Source of the DNA: Prorocentrum cordatum
Lineage: Eukaryota
Length of the DNA: 64,000 nt
Reading direction: 5' to 3'
NCBI GenBank assembly: GCA_963575745.1
Contig: CAUYUJ010000001.1
Span: forward strand, 496,001-560,000
Made by a program: the position numbers and the translations under genes. Positions 1 to 9,545 of this stretch are shown in pieces (within the stretch, counting starts at the first letter, position 1; every line of letters starts with the position of its first letter). Below the pieces are notes generated by a model. It had not been told where the DNA came from. It saw nothing but the letters and a program-made list of their open reading frames with translations, and searched no databases.

Positions 1-1124
1 CGTGGTCCTGTCCATCGCGTTTAACTGCATGTCTGGTCTCAGATAGATGGCAGCGGAGGTATTCATGTCTGCGCCCTCCACGATGCAGTCATTGCTCCGT
101 AACTCGAGGATGCCATTCAGATACGCGTCCAACTGCCCGAAGCGCAGCCGCATGGCAATATAACAAAGCTGGCCAGGCTCGTAAGCGAAGTAATCGGCCC
201 CGGCGCCGAGGCAGAAGGCCTTGCAGTCCATGGCGGAGTCGAGCTCGTCCACCGCTCCGACGGCCTCGGTCGCGATGCCCCTGCTCGCGATCCACGAGTG
301 AGGGCAGAAGTCGCAGCCTGGCCCACCGAAGGACTCCACCTCGGGCGCGATGCCGCAGCCGTTGCAATTGGCGCCCATGTCGCTGCCCCTGAAGCAGTCT
401 TGGCACACTGTCGGTCCAGCATTAATGTTTGTGCGCTCCCCGAACAAATAAGCAATTCGAGGCCTCGTGCGGGTCTTTGCAAACGCAGAGCTGGTCGGGC
501 TCGTGCGCGAAATAGGCAGCTCCGACGCCGAAGCAAAACTCCTAGCAATCCGTGGCGGAATCGACGACCTCCCCCGCTCCGACGGGCTCGGTCGCGGTGC
601 CCTTGCCTGCGATCCACGAGTGAGCGGAGACGTCGTGGCCAGGCCCGTCGAAGATCTTCACCTCGGGCACGCAGCCGCAGCCGTTGAACTCGGCGCCCAA
701 GTCATGCTCCACTCGGAAGCGTGCCCCGCAAAAAGCCGGACCTGCGATCACGGCGCTGCTCGACTCGAACGGAGCATAGAGCGGGTAACAAGAAGCCTCC
801 GCATACTCCGCGTTGCAGACGCAGAGCGCGTCGGGATCGTAGGCGAAGTGAGCGGCCCCCGCGCCGAGGCACAGGGCCTGGCAGTCCGTGGCGGAATCGA
901 AGACCTCCGCCGCTCCGACGGGCTCGGTCGTGATGCCCTTTCTCGCGATCCACGAGTGGGCGGGGAAGTCGTAGCCAGGCCCGCCGACGACCTTCACCTC
1001 GGGCGCGTAGCCTCAACTCTTGGCGCCGTCGCCCACGTCGTCGCCGGGTGGCCAAGCACGTCGCGCGCGCAGACCCCGGGATCGCCAAGAGCAGCCCCGC
1101 CTGCATGGTGCGCAGAGCGGCCAT
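1..1124 (-). pseudogene. Disrupted gene for a secreted Cys-rich protein with three tandem ~95-aa repeats (PAN/apple-like)
   Basis: ATG at 1124 is followed by a hydrophobic signal-like stretch (MAALRTMQAGLLLAIPG). Three copies of D[LM]GA..NGCG..PEV...GPG.D..[AP]HSWIA..G..TE.VGA....DSA.DC...C.GA....FA..P. A frameshift near 1050 and an in-frame TAG at 542-544. The frame of repeat 3 runs off the left edge. Confidence 0.65.
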
Positions 1125-1289
1125 CGCCGATGCTCAGGAGAAGAGGGAGCAGGGCGGGCCGAAACGGACAACGCGGGAACCGACGCAGAGAACGGAGGTT
1201 CAGGGATCGCCTTGCTAGCGGCTAACCCCTCGGGCGCGGGCGCCCGGGCGCCCCGCGCGGACCGGCGGGCCGCCGCCAGGGCGCAGCAG

Positions 1290-1325
1290 CTTGAGCGCTT
1301 AGACTTGAGCGTTGAGCCTTGAGCC
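1290..1325 (-). other. Tandem truncated spliced-leader (SL) 3' remnants
   Basis: Minus strand reads GGCTCAAG-GCTCAAC-GCTCAAG-tctaagc-GCTCAAG, i.e. four copies of the DinoSL 3' end, about 170 nt upstream of the ATG at 1124. Confidence 0.55.
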
Positions 1326-1399
1326 GATCGAATCCCGCGCCCAAAACACCCTCGCCCACCGGCAACTGAGTCAATGTCGGAGCAGGCGGCGGGCAATCC

Positions 1400-2290
1400 G
1401 CCACCCACGTCCGCCAGATCACGTCGAGCGCAGGCGGGGCGACAGCCTGAGCGGCCCGAAGCGCCAGGGGGAAGGGCTTCGGCGGGACGGCTGCGCGCCG
1501 CGAGAAGGAATCCGCCCAGTCGTTCGCCTCAGACGGGAGGTGGGCTACAACGTAGCTCCATTGAAACGCGGCCTTTCGCCAACTTGTCTCCCGCGTAACG
1601 GCGTTGACCTCGCGACGGGCCCTGAAATGGGCCGCGCCGGTGAGGGCGCCGACGTTGTCGCCCATGAGCGCGAAGCACTGGCCAACCGCGAGGTCGTCCG
1701 CCCAGACCAACAGGCAAACGAGCGCCGCGATGCACTCCCAGAGGTTCTGCCACTTTGGGAGCCCAACGGCCGCGCCGAAACGACGACAGAGCGAGTCTGG
1801 CCACGCGCAGTGCCAGTGCTGGATCGGTTTTCCGTCGCGTACGAGGACGCCACCGCCGAATTATGGAGAGGCGTCAAACTGACTACCTACCAGACCACCC
1901 CAACCCAACCCGAAGACCCGAATTTCGGGTTGGGGGGGGTAAGGCTTCCCCATGTGTTTTTTTCTACGTTTCCCGACCCCCCCACTAGAAATCGAGGGTA
2001 AATCTGAGCCTTCGGGTTGGGTTGGGGTGGTTTGGTGGGTGGTGACAAACTCGATGTGCTCTAGCGCCTGAGGTAGCCGATGTTCGTCGGGAAATTCACG
2101 CACCACTCGGCGCAGAGGCAAAACAGCTCGGCTAACCAAAGCCAAACACCAAGCGGCAGCCGCCGAGAATAGGCGGGCCGCCACTCGGCCCGGAGGCGCC
2201 TCGGGATGGGTCGATTTGGCAGCCGCTTCCGCGGCCGCCAGTGCAGCCCATAACAACTCTACAAATGGCGCCGCCTCCGGAACCACTTGC
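1400..2290 (-). pseudogene. RNase H domain of the DIRS-like element, split by a MITE
   Basis: Removing 1880-2050 restores HIEFDASP (first catalytic Asp motif). Also MGDNVGAL and HLPSEANDWADSFSR (about 1500-1543), matching the H-x-P-x-x-x-N-x-x-A-D-x-L-S-R motif. Confidence 0.8.
1880..2045. mobile_element. 166-bp MITE with ~36-bp imperfect TIRs and a 5-bp TSD (CAAAC)
   Basis: TGACTACCTACCAGACCACCCCAACCCAACCCGAAG ... CTTCGGGTTGGGTTGGGGTGGTTTGGTGGGTGGTGA. CAAAC at 1875-1879 and 2046-2050. Excision restores the RNase H reading. A second copy lies at 33737-33908. Confidence 0.9.
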
Positions 2291-3300
2291 GCAATCCGTG
2301 AAGCTTTCCCGACAAGGGATAGCGAATCGCTAGCGGGGCCCAGCCGCCACGCTTCGCGAACTGCCCCAGAAGGATGGCGACGTCATCGAGGAAGGCTCTC
2401 GGCAGAGACATTTCAGCAACGCCGCCTACGATGTCGAACCCGATGCCGATCCACCGGTGCCCTCCCACTGCGAAGAGGCCCTTCTTCCAGGCGAGCCCCA
2501 GCCCCAGGGCGAGCCACCAGCGCGACGCGACGTCGGCGTTCAGCTGGTTCATCGCCTCGGTACCTGCGAGAGTCAGCGCCGGGTCGTCCACGTAAAGCTG
2601 TAGACGGCGTTCGTCGGGGCATTGCATCGCCTGCGAGGATCGCGCAATGAACCAGCCGAGGCGGAAGTGCACCAGAGGGTTCGACATCCCTCCGAAACCT
2701 AGGACCCGCCACGCGATGACGTGACCACGCCCCTCCAACGGGGGATCGCGCAGCACGGCGGCGACGTTCACTTTCGTGCAACGGTGCCATCATGATGGCG
2801 TCTTGAAAATCAAGTACGAGAACATGGACCTGTCCACCCGACATCTGGCCAGCCCCACGGGCGAGCGCCGCCGGGTCGGCCCCATGGTCAACGCCCCTGG
2901 GCAAGAACACCCTTTCATGTGTGGACGCCGTCAAGCTCACGCACTTGATCTTCAGATCTTGCATGGCGCGGTTCTGAAATGTGCCGCCTGGCCGGGCCTT
3001 GCGAACATTACCCATGCAGGGGAGATCGGACCGAATCGCTCTGCGGCAGCAGCCTCGTCATCGAATACTTCGCCGAAGCCCTTGCCCAAGTACTCGCGAA
3101 TGAGGTCCAACGTGGGCGGCTCCGGCTCGCGGTAGGAATCCTCGAAAGACGGATGGTTGGAAGTAAATGTGAAGGCGCCTGCAGCTAAATCGGCTGGACT
3201 CAGGACGTTCGGCGACTCCGCCAGTGGAAGTGCCCCCCTGGCCGGATAGGGCGCGCGATCCCCATGACTCCAGCCAGCGTCCAAGCTCCTGGTCCGAATG
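2290..3300 (-). pseudogene. Reverse transcriptase domain (DIRS-type), frameshifted
   Basis: VLVLDFQDAIMMAPLHESERR (motif A), WRVLGFGGMSNPLV (motif B), RLQLYVDDP (YVDD at 2583-2594), AWKKG...HRWIGI (primer grip). Confidence 0.85.
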
Positions 3301-3779
3301 CCCCGCGGCCTGCAATGCCGCCTGGACCACGCGGAAGCAGAGTGGCGACGCGGAGTGGGTAGTCTGAACCTCGCGGGCAGGGAGGTCGAGCGCCCGACCA
3401 GCGGCCGCGCGGAGACGCGCCGGCGCGCCCTTGCCGGGCGGCGGGCGGCCGGGCGCGCTGCCGCAATAATTCGCGAGGACCTGCAGCGGCGGCTCCGAAC
3501 TACGGACAGCGATGACAGGCTCGCGGACACGCATCACCACCTCGCGGATGCGAGGCGCAGCCTGCGCAGCAGCAGCGGCATTTCGCAATGCGGCCGCGCG
3601 CGCAGAACCCGCGCGACGCCGCAGTTCTCTCCCCTGAGGGGTGTCTACGCCCCGACTGGGGTGCCGAGGCACGGGCGCGCGGTCTCCGTGAGTCGTGGAA
3701 AGGATGGGGGCGGGCGCCGCCAGCTCCGCCACATGCCAATTCAGATTGTCCTGCGCCCACGCCTCCACCACCCTATCGT

Positions 3780-4400
3780 GGTGAGCACGCGGGGCCCCAA
3801 CAACCCCGCGAGATGGGTGAGCCTGGAGCCAGCCACGCGTGTCGCAGGAAAGGGCAGGCGACCATGCGCAAAGTGCGTCAAGCCGACCCGGGTGCCGAGG
3901 GCAACACCGAAGACGAGTGCGCAGGTCGTGGTCAGCACCAAGACGGCACGGAGAAAATCTGACGTCCACCCAGCCGTCGTCCAAGAGGGCCTCATAGGAC
4001 TCCAACTCCCATGAGGAGGAACGATCAGGGCACTCGATGATGACGGTCGCCCCGTGGTCGGCCAGCAGGCGCGCAAGGTAAGCTACGCGCTCCGCAATGT
4101 GGTTGGCCTCGACCACGTCGGCGGCCACGGGGGCAATCCCCGACGGATATTTCGCCGAATGGGGGCTCGAACGGTCACGAGTCTCAGCAAGGGTGAGACG
4201 CGGCAGGGTAAAATGGACCACCAACGCCCGCCCCTGGGCAAGCAAGCCCAAGCAATCCCTCTGCAAAGCTTCCAACTGCAAAGGATTTAACAAATCCAGC
4301 GCCCCAATCGAAGGGTCGTCCGCTGGCCGGGTCGGCCGCGGCGACCTTGCGGGCAAGTGCGCCGGGCCCGGGATTCACCTCGATGAAAAATACCCCCCTC
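3780..4400 (-). pseudogene. C5 cytosine methyltransferase-like domain inside the DIRS-like element
   Basis: Motifs in order: FFIEVNPGPGALAR (motif I, FxGxG-like), LDLL, VVHFTLPRLT (motif IV with PC changed to PR at 4198-4200), IIECPDRSSSWEL (motif VI, ENP-like), VRFSPCRLG...RTRL (motif VIII region). Confidence 0.6.
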
Positions 4401-4949
4401 CTCCGCCCAGCCGCGCCCCCGTGCTCCGCCGCCCCCAGGCCGGCAGCGCCGGCGGCAGCCCGCAGGGAGGAGCAACGCGCCGCCACGGCAGGAGGCAGCA
4501 ACGAGGGAGGAAACGAGGACGAGGATGGTGGAAGAGATGATGTAGGCCTCAATGAACGTATGCACATGCGAATGCGTGCCCGCTGAGCAGCCAAATTCCG
4601 CGATAACGTAGCCAATGACTCCGATAACGCAGACAACTTTCGTTTCCGCTCCGGGGAAACCTGGAGGGTCGACCAAATTGTCGAAGAGGCGTGAATCCCC
4701 GAAATTCCGCCCGACGCGGAGGGGCTTCGCTTGCGCGGGAAATCCCGCGCGGCGGCAACGCCGAAGAAAACCCCCCAAAAATTCCGCAAAATGCGGATGG
4801 GCCCCCTACCGAAAAATCCTCGATAATCCCACCAATTGCTGGCGGGGCCTCCGCAATGGAGGGGGTGGACGGCCATTCGGCCTCTGGTGCCCCTCAGCGG
4901 CCCTGTCCTGGCGGGGGCCTCCACTGCTTGGGGCGCTTGGGGGCCGGGC

Positions 4950-6410
4950 ACGGAATCATCAATCGCCCTGCGCGGCCCCAGGCGCCATTCGCAGCTGTGG
5001 CTGCGGCGCTGCGGGAATGGCCCCGACGTGCATCCCGTCGAACTGCGGTTCCACGCGAAGCAGAGCTCAGCCTTGGTGTCGGTCGTCCGGAGGTGCCGGC
5101 CGTCCTTAGGAGTATCCAGGCCAGACAACCCCAACTTCTTCTTGCCATTGGCCGACGCGGCCTGCTTCGGTGGAGCGGACGCTGCCGGCTTGAAGGTGGC
5201 CGACGCGCCGCCGCAGCCACCGCCGCCGCCCCCCCCGCTGCCGCTGCTGCCCCTGAGGATTTCCGGCGAACCCTTCTTCGAAGCCAAGAGGCACAACTTG
5301 TCAACGTGCTCGTACCACCATTGCGACATGGGGCCCGAGTCCGATTTTGCGCTGTCCCTGATGACCGCCTCCCACGGGCGCGTAGTGTCGAAGGCAGAGT
5401 TGTACGTGGAACTCTCGACATGGGCCTCGATACGGCGGCGGACCCGCTCCCAGCGCTCCGAACGCATCTCGTCGTCCGCCTGGGATATGATCCCCCAGTG
5501 CTCCGGAAACGCCGCACCCAACTGGCGCATGCCCTCCTCGTACTCGCCCAAGGGGTCGGGGAGAGACGCCTTGAGGATAAGCATGGCCGTGCGGAAGACC
5601 CGCCAGCACGCCCACCACGTCTCGAAGGACGACGGGCCCTTCAGCTGACGGGTGACGAGCTCGCCTCCGACGAACACTTGGGCCGAATACTTCAAGAGCT
5701 TCTGCTGGCGGCGGCCGAACGGCCCCCGCACGGCGAAGTCCGTGTATGGGGACCATGTCTTCGCGCAGCTTCGCCGCCAAGGCCGACAGCTGGTCCTGCG
5801 TGACATCCTCGTGCTCACGAGGGGGCCCGCCGTACTTCTTCTCGAAGTCCGCGAAGAGCGTGCGCAGCATAGGCTCCACGAGCAGCTCGACCACGCCGTC
5901 GTCCGTCTGATCGATCAGCGCGGACAACTTCAACTTACGCTTTCTGGCGTTCCCGACGACGACGGTCTGGGGTGCCTGAGGGGGTGGAGCCTTGCTCGTC
6001 GGCGGCCGGCTGGCCCCGAAGGTGCCAGAGTCGGGGGGCTCGACTCCGACGACTGTGGCAACGTGGCGAAGGAAACGGATGAGGGCCCCCTTTTGCAGCG
6101 GAAACAGCACCACACCCTCGATGTGCGCTTCACCGATCGTCCACCTGGACGCCCATCAGCTCATTGACGGTTACCGTATCCACCGTGCCACTCAGTTGCT
6201 CGACGAATGAGGTGAGCACCGCCATGTCCATGCCTCACGTGCTGGCAACGGTGGTGAGGCGGAAGGGGCCATCGGGCCCACTGCGCACAGTCCCGGCGTG
6301 GGGTGAAGCACCCACGACGCCGTCAACACCAGAGGGGCCCACGACACGACGCCTGCACCAGCGAGGCCACCAGCACCCGCAGGCTCGCTGCCAAACCATG
6401 ACATGCCCCC
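4950..6410 (-). pseudogene. Gag-like ORF with a C-terminal Cys/His finger, frameshifted
   Basis: RKLKLSALIDQTDD ... DQLSAL ... PYTDFAVRGPFGRR ... KGPSSFETWWACWRVFRTAMLIL ... WGIISQADDEMRSERW; finger remnant LCFAWNRSSTGC...SHSCEWRLGPRRAI. Spread over ORFs 5301..6113 and 4184..5818. Confidence 0.7.
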
Positions 6411-6462
6411 CACACTGGAGGAAGTAGAGCCTGCATATAGAGCAATTCCCTATTGCTGGTCG

Positions 6463-6480
6463 CTCGAGCCAAAATGGCCA
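6463..6480 (-). other. Spliced-leader relic
   Basis: Minus strand TGGCCATTTTGGCTCGAG versus DinoSL TAGCCATTTTGGCTCAAG (16/18 identical), about 60 nt upstream of the first gag-region ATG. Confidence 0.75.
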
Positions 6481-7498
6481 TAAGCACAATGACAAACAAT
6501 ACTGCAGATGCTGATTGCTACACCTCTGCCTCCCGACGTGTACAAGGACAGGAACACGGAGCTGGGTATAAACAGCTAGATGCAGGAACGCACGGGTTGA
6601 GAAGCGATGCGGGATAAAGAGCTAGATAACGGAAGACCCGCCTGTATCCAGAACGTTCCGGGAACGCTCCGCCGGAACGCTCAGAGAACATTCCTGTCTA
6701 CTCTCGTGGATCCGTGCATTGGACACCACTAGCGAGATAACGCATCAACATGCAAAATAACAGGAAACAACCATCGACTCCTACAATTGTTACGGCCTGT
6801 ATTCGGTTCCCGTGCGGTTTGAATTATTATTAATCCTCCTTCCTCCGCCTCCGCCTTCTCCTCCTCCTCCTCCTCCTCCTCCTCCTCGTCCTCGTCCTCG
6901 TCCTGGTGATCCTTCACCTTCCCCTCCTGTTCCACCTCCTCCCGCCGATCGTGCGAAGACCAACAAACGTTCAGACGAATGCAAAATCGAGACAACACCG
7001 GACCGACATAAAAATTGGAAACCTCTGAACATCGGCGGGCTGGGAGGATCTATTCGGCGCCGCGGCCGTCTCAAAAACGTGCCAGGACGCCCCATCCATA
7101 CTGCTCATCCTGCCGATCATGCGAAGACAGACAGAATCATCCGACCCAGCTGGCAATTGTGAGAGGCTCTTCGACGCGAGGCCAGCCCGACCCAAACTGA
7201 AGCACGCCAGCATCATTTGAGCCGTCGTCGCCGAAGGGAGATCGAACCAAACAAGGGGACCGAACTGTGTCGCAACTGCGTTGGAAGAAACCCATTCCCT
7301 TTGCCCTCCTGCCGATCATGCGAGGACCGACGAAATACCGACCCAGCCACTCCCCAGTAATCGTGCAACTATCTTATATGTATGCTACTATGCATAATGT
7401 ATTGCTGCCCTGTCCACTACGTTTCTCCTGCATGCGCGTTTTGTTGCCGTAGTGTCTCACGCCCTCCGGCTCCGCTTGCGGAGCGAGGTGCCTCCATA

Positions 7499-7664
7499 TC
7501 GGGCCGGGCGAAAGGGGGGGGATAGCAAAGGGGGGGTTTGAGAATCAGCTCACGTAGCTGATTCTTCCGGCGCCTCCCGGCGCCGGGAGCGGCCATGTAT
7601 CGAGGAATTGGCCCCTCGGTTGCATGCCCCCCCTTTCCCAATCCCCCCCTTTCGCCCGGCCCGA
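7499..7664. mobile_element. 166-bp MITE with a 7-bp TSD (CTCCATA)
   Basis: TIRs TCGGGCCGGGCGAAAGGGGGGG / CCCCCCCTTTCGCCCGGCCCGA. CTCCATA at 7492-7498 and 7665-7671. A related copy lies at about 17200-17580. Confidence 0.9.
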
Positions 7665-7799
7665 CTCCATAGGCCCCTCGACCGGACTTGACTTGACTTG
7701 ACCACTCCCCGGGCCCCTCGCCCGCGCTCTGGCCAGAGCTTCGAGGAGGGCCCGGCCGTGGCGACCACGGCTCTCCAGGGCGAGCCGCGGCATCGGCGC

Positions 7800-8596
7800 C
7801 CGTCCCTCCTTCCTCCTCCTCCTGCTCCTCCTCCTGCTCCTCCTCCTCCTCCTCCTGCTCCTCCTCCTCCTCCTGTTCCTCTTCCTCCTCCTCCTCCTCC
7901 TCCCCGCGGTCCTCCTCCATCCTCCTCCTCCTCCTCCTCCTCCTCGGTCCTCCTCCTCGGTCCTCCTCCTCCTCCTCCTCCTCCTCCTCCGCCTCCTCCT
8001 CCTACTGACCTCCAGCTCCTCGATGTCCTGCCTGCCTCTCTGCCTCTCGCGCCCGAGCACGCGCCCCCTCCTCGCCGACCCCACCGGCCACCGCGGCGCG
8101 GCGGGCGCGCGCCCGAGACGGGCACACAGGGGCGGACGAGAGCGATAAGGGGTGGGGCCGACGGCAGGGGTGCAGGAAGATGGGGGACGATGGGGCTCAC
8201 ACTGATCCTCCTCCTCCCCCTCCTCCTCCTCCTTCTCCTCCTCCTCCCCCTCCTCCTCCTCCTCCTGCTGCTGCTCCTCCTCCTCCTCCTCCTGCTGCTG
8301 CTGCTCCTCTTCCTCCTCCTCCTGCTCCTACTCCTCATCCTCCCCTCCCCCCTCCCCCTCCTCCTCCTCCTCCTCCAGCTCCTCCTCCTCCTCCTGCTTC
8401 TCCTCCTCCTCCTCCTCCTCCTCCTCCTCCTCCTCATCATCATCACCACCACCACTACTACCACCACCACCACCATCATTATCAGCATGCTAATCAGCAG
8501 CAGCAGCAGCATTATCATCATCATCACCACCATCAACATCATCAGCATCATCATCATTAACATCAGCATCATAATCATAATCATCAGCATCATCAC

Positions 8597-8652
<56 letters not shown>

Positions 8653-9545
8653 CCATCACCATCACCATCGTCGTCATCATCATCAGTATGAACAGCATTT
8701 GCATCAACATCATTAGCAGCATCATCATCATCAGCACCAGAGTCAGCAGCAGCATCGCACACTATCATATAGCATGATGTAATTGCATACCGAATCAGTT
8801 CACGTCATAGCATAGCATGTAATATCATATCAGACCATATCATATCATGCCATATCATATCGTCATCATCGTCACCATCAGCAGCATCATCATCATCAGC
8901 ATCAGCATCAGCATCATCAGCATCATCAGCATCATCATCATCATCAACAACATCAACATCATCATTCCCTACGGCAGCGTCTGCTCCCAGCTCTTCCTGC
9001 TGCTCGCTGCTGCTCACTGCTGCGCCAGCTCCCGCCTGGACCTCGCGATTCCTCCGATCCTGCCTCGGCTCCCGGCCCGCCTCCGCCCCTCCCCCCCGCC
9101 CCGCTCCCGCCTCTGGCTCTGCTGGGACCACCCCGCCCCTTCGCGCCCATCAGACCCGCGCGCGCCCTGCCCGTCACCAGCACGCGCAGAGGAGGATCCG
9201 CAGGAGGAGGACGGAGGACGGAGGACGGAGGACCGAGGACCGAGGAGGATGAGGAGGAGGAGGAGGAGGAGGAGGAGGAGAAGGAGGGAAGGATGAAGAA
9301 AACCACAAGTACTTTCCTCGGGTTTGTTTAACGTAAGAGGAGGAGGAGGAGGAGGAGGAGGAGGAGGAGGAGGAGGAGGAGGAGGAGGAGGACGAGGAGG
9401 AGGAGGAAGAGGAGGAGGAGGAGGCGGAGGAGGAGGAGGAAGGATGAGGAGGAGGAGGAGGAGGAGGAGGAGGAGGAGGAGGACCGAGGAGGAGGAGGAG
9501 GACCGAGGAGAAGGAGGAGGAGGACCGAGGAGGACCGAGGAGCCA
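7800..9545. repeat. Compound microsatellites (CCT)n, (CAT/CAG)n, (CATAT)n, (GAG)n
   Basis: Directly visible simple repeats; they generate the poly-P/L/I/H/E/G ORFs in the track. Confidence 0.95.

Larger units (their letters stand above)
1330..6480 (-). mobile_element. Degenerate DIRS/Ngaro-like retrotransposon carrying a C5 DNA-methyltransferase-like domain (gag, MTase, RT, RNase H)
   Basis: Collinear motif remnants on the minus strand (see sub-features), with several frameshifts and stops and at least one MITE insertion. No tyrosine recombinase was recognised within the window. Confidence 0.8.

Noticed and set aside
1330..6480. Bacterial retron, DGR or group II intron
   Set aside because: The gag-like ORF, DIRS-style RT/RNase H motifs, SL relics and eukaryotic repeat context fit a eukaryotic retrotransposon.
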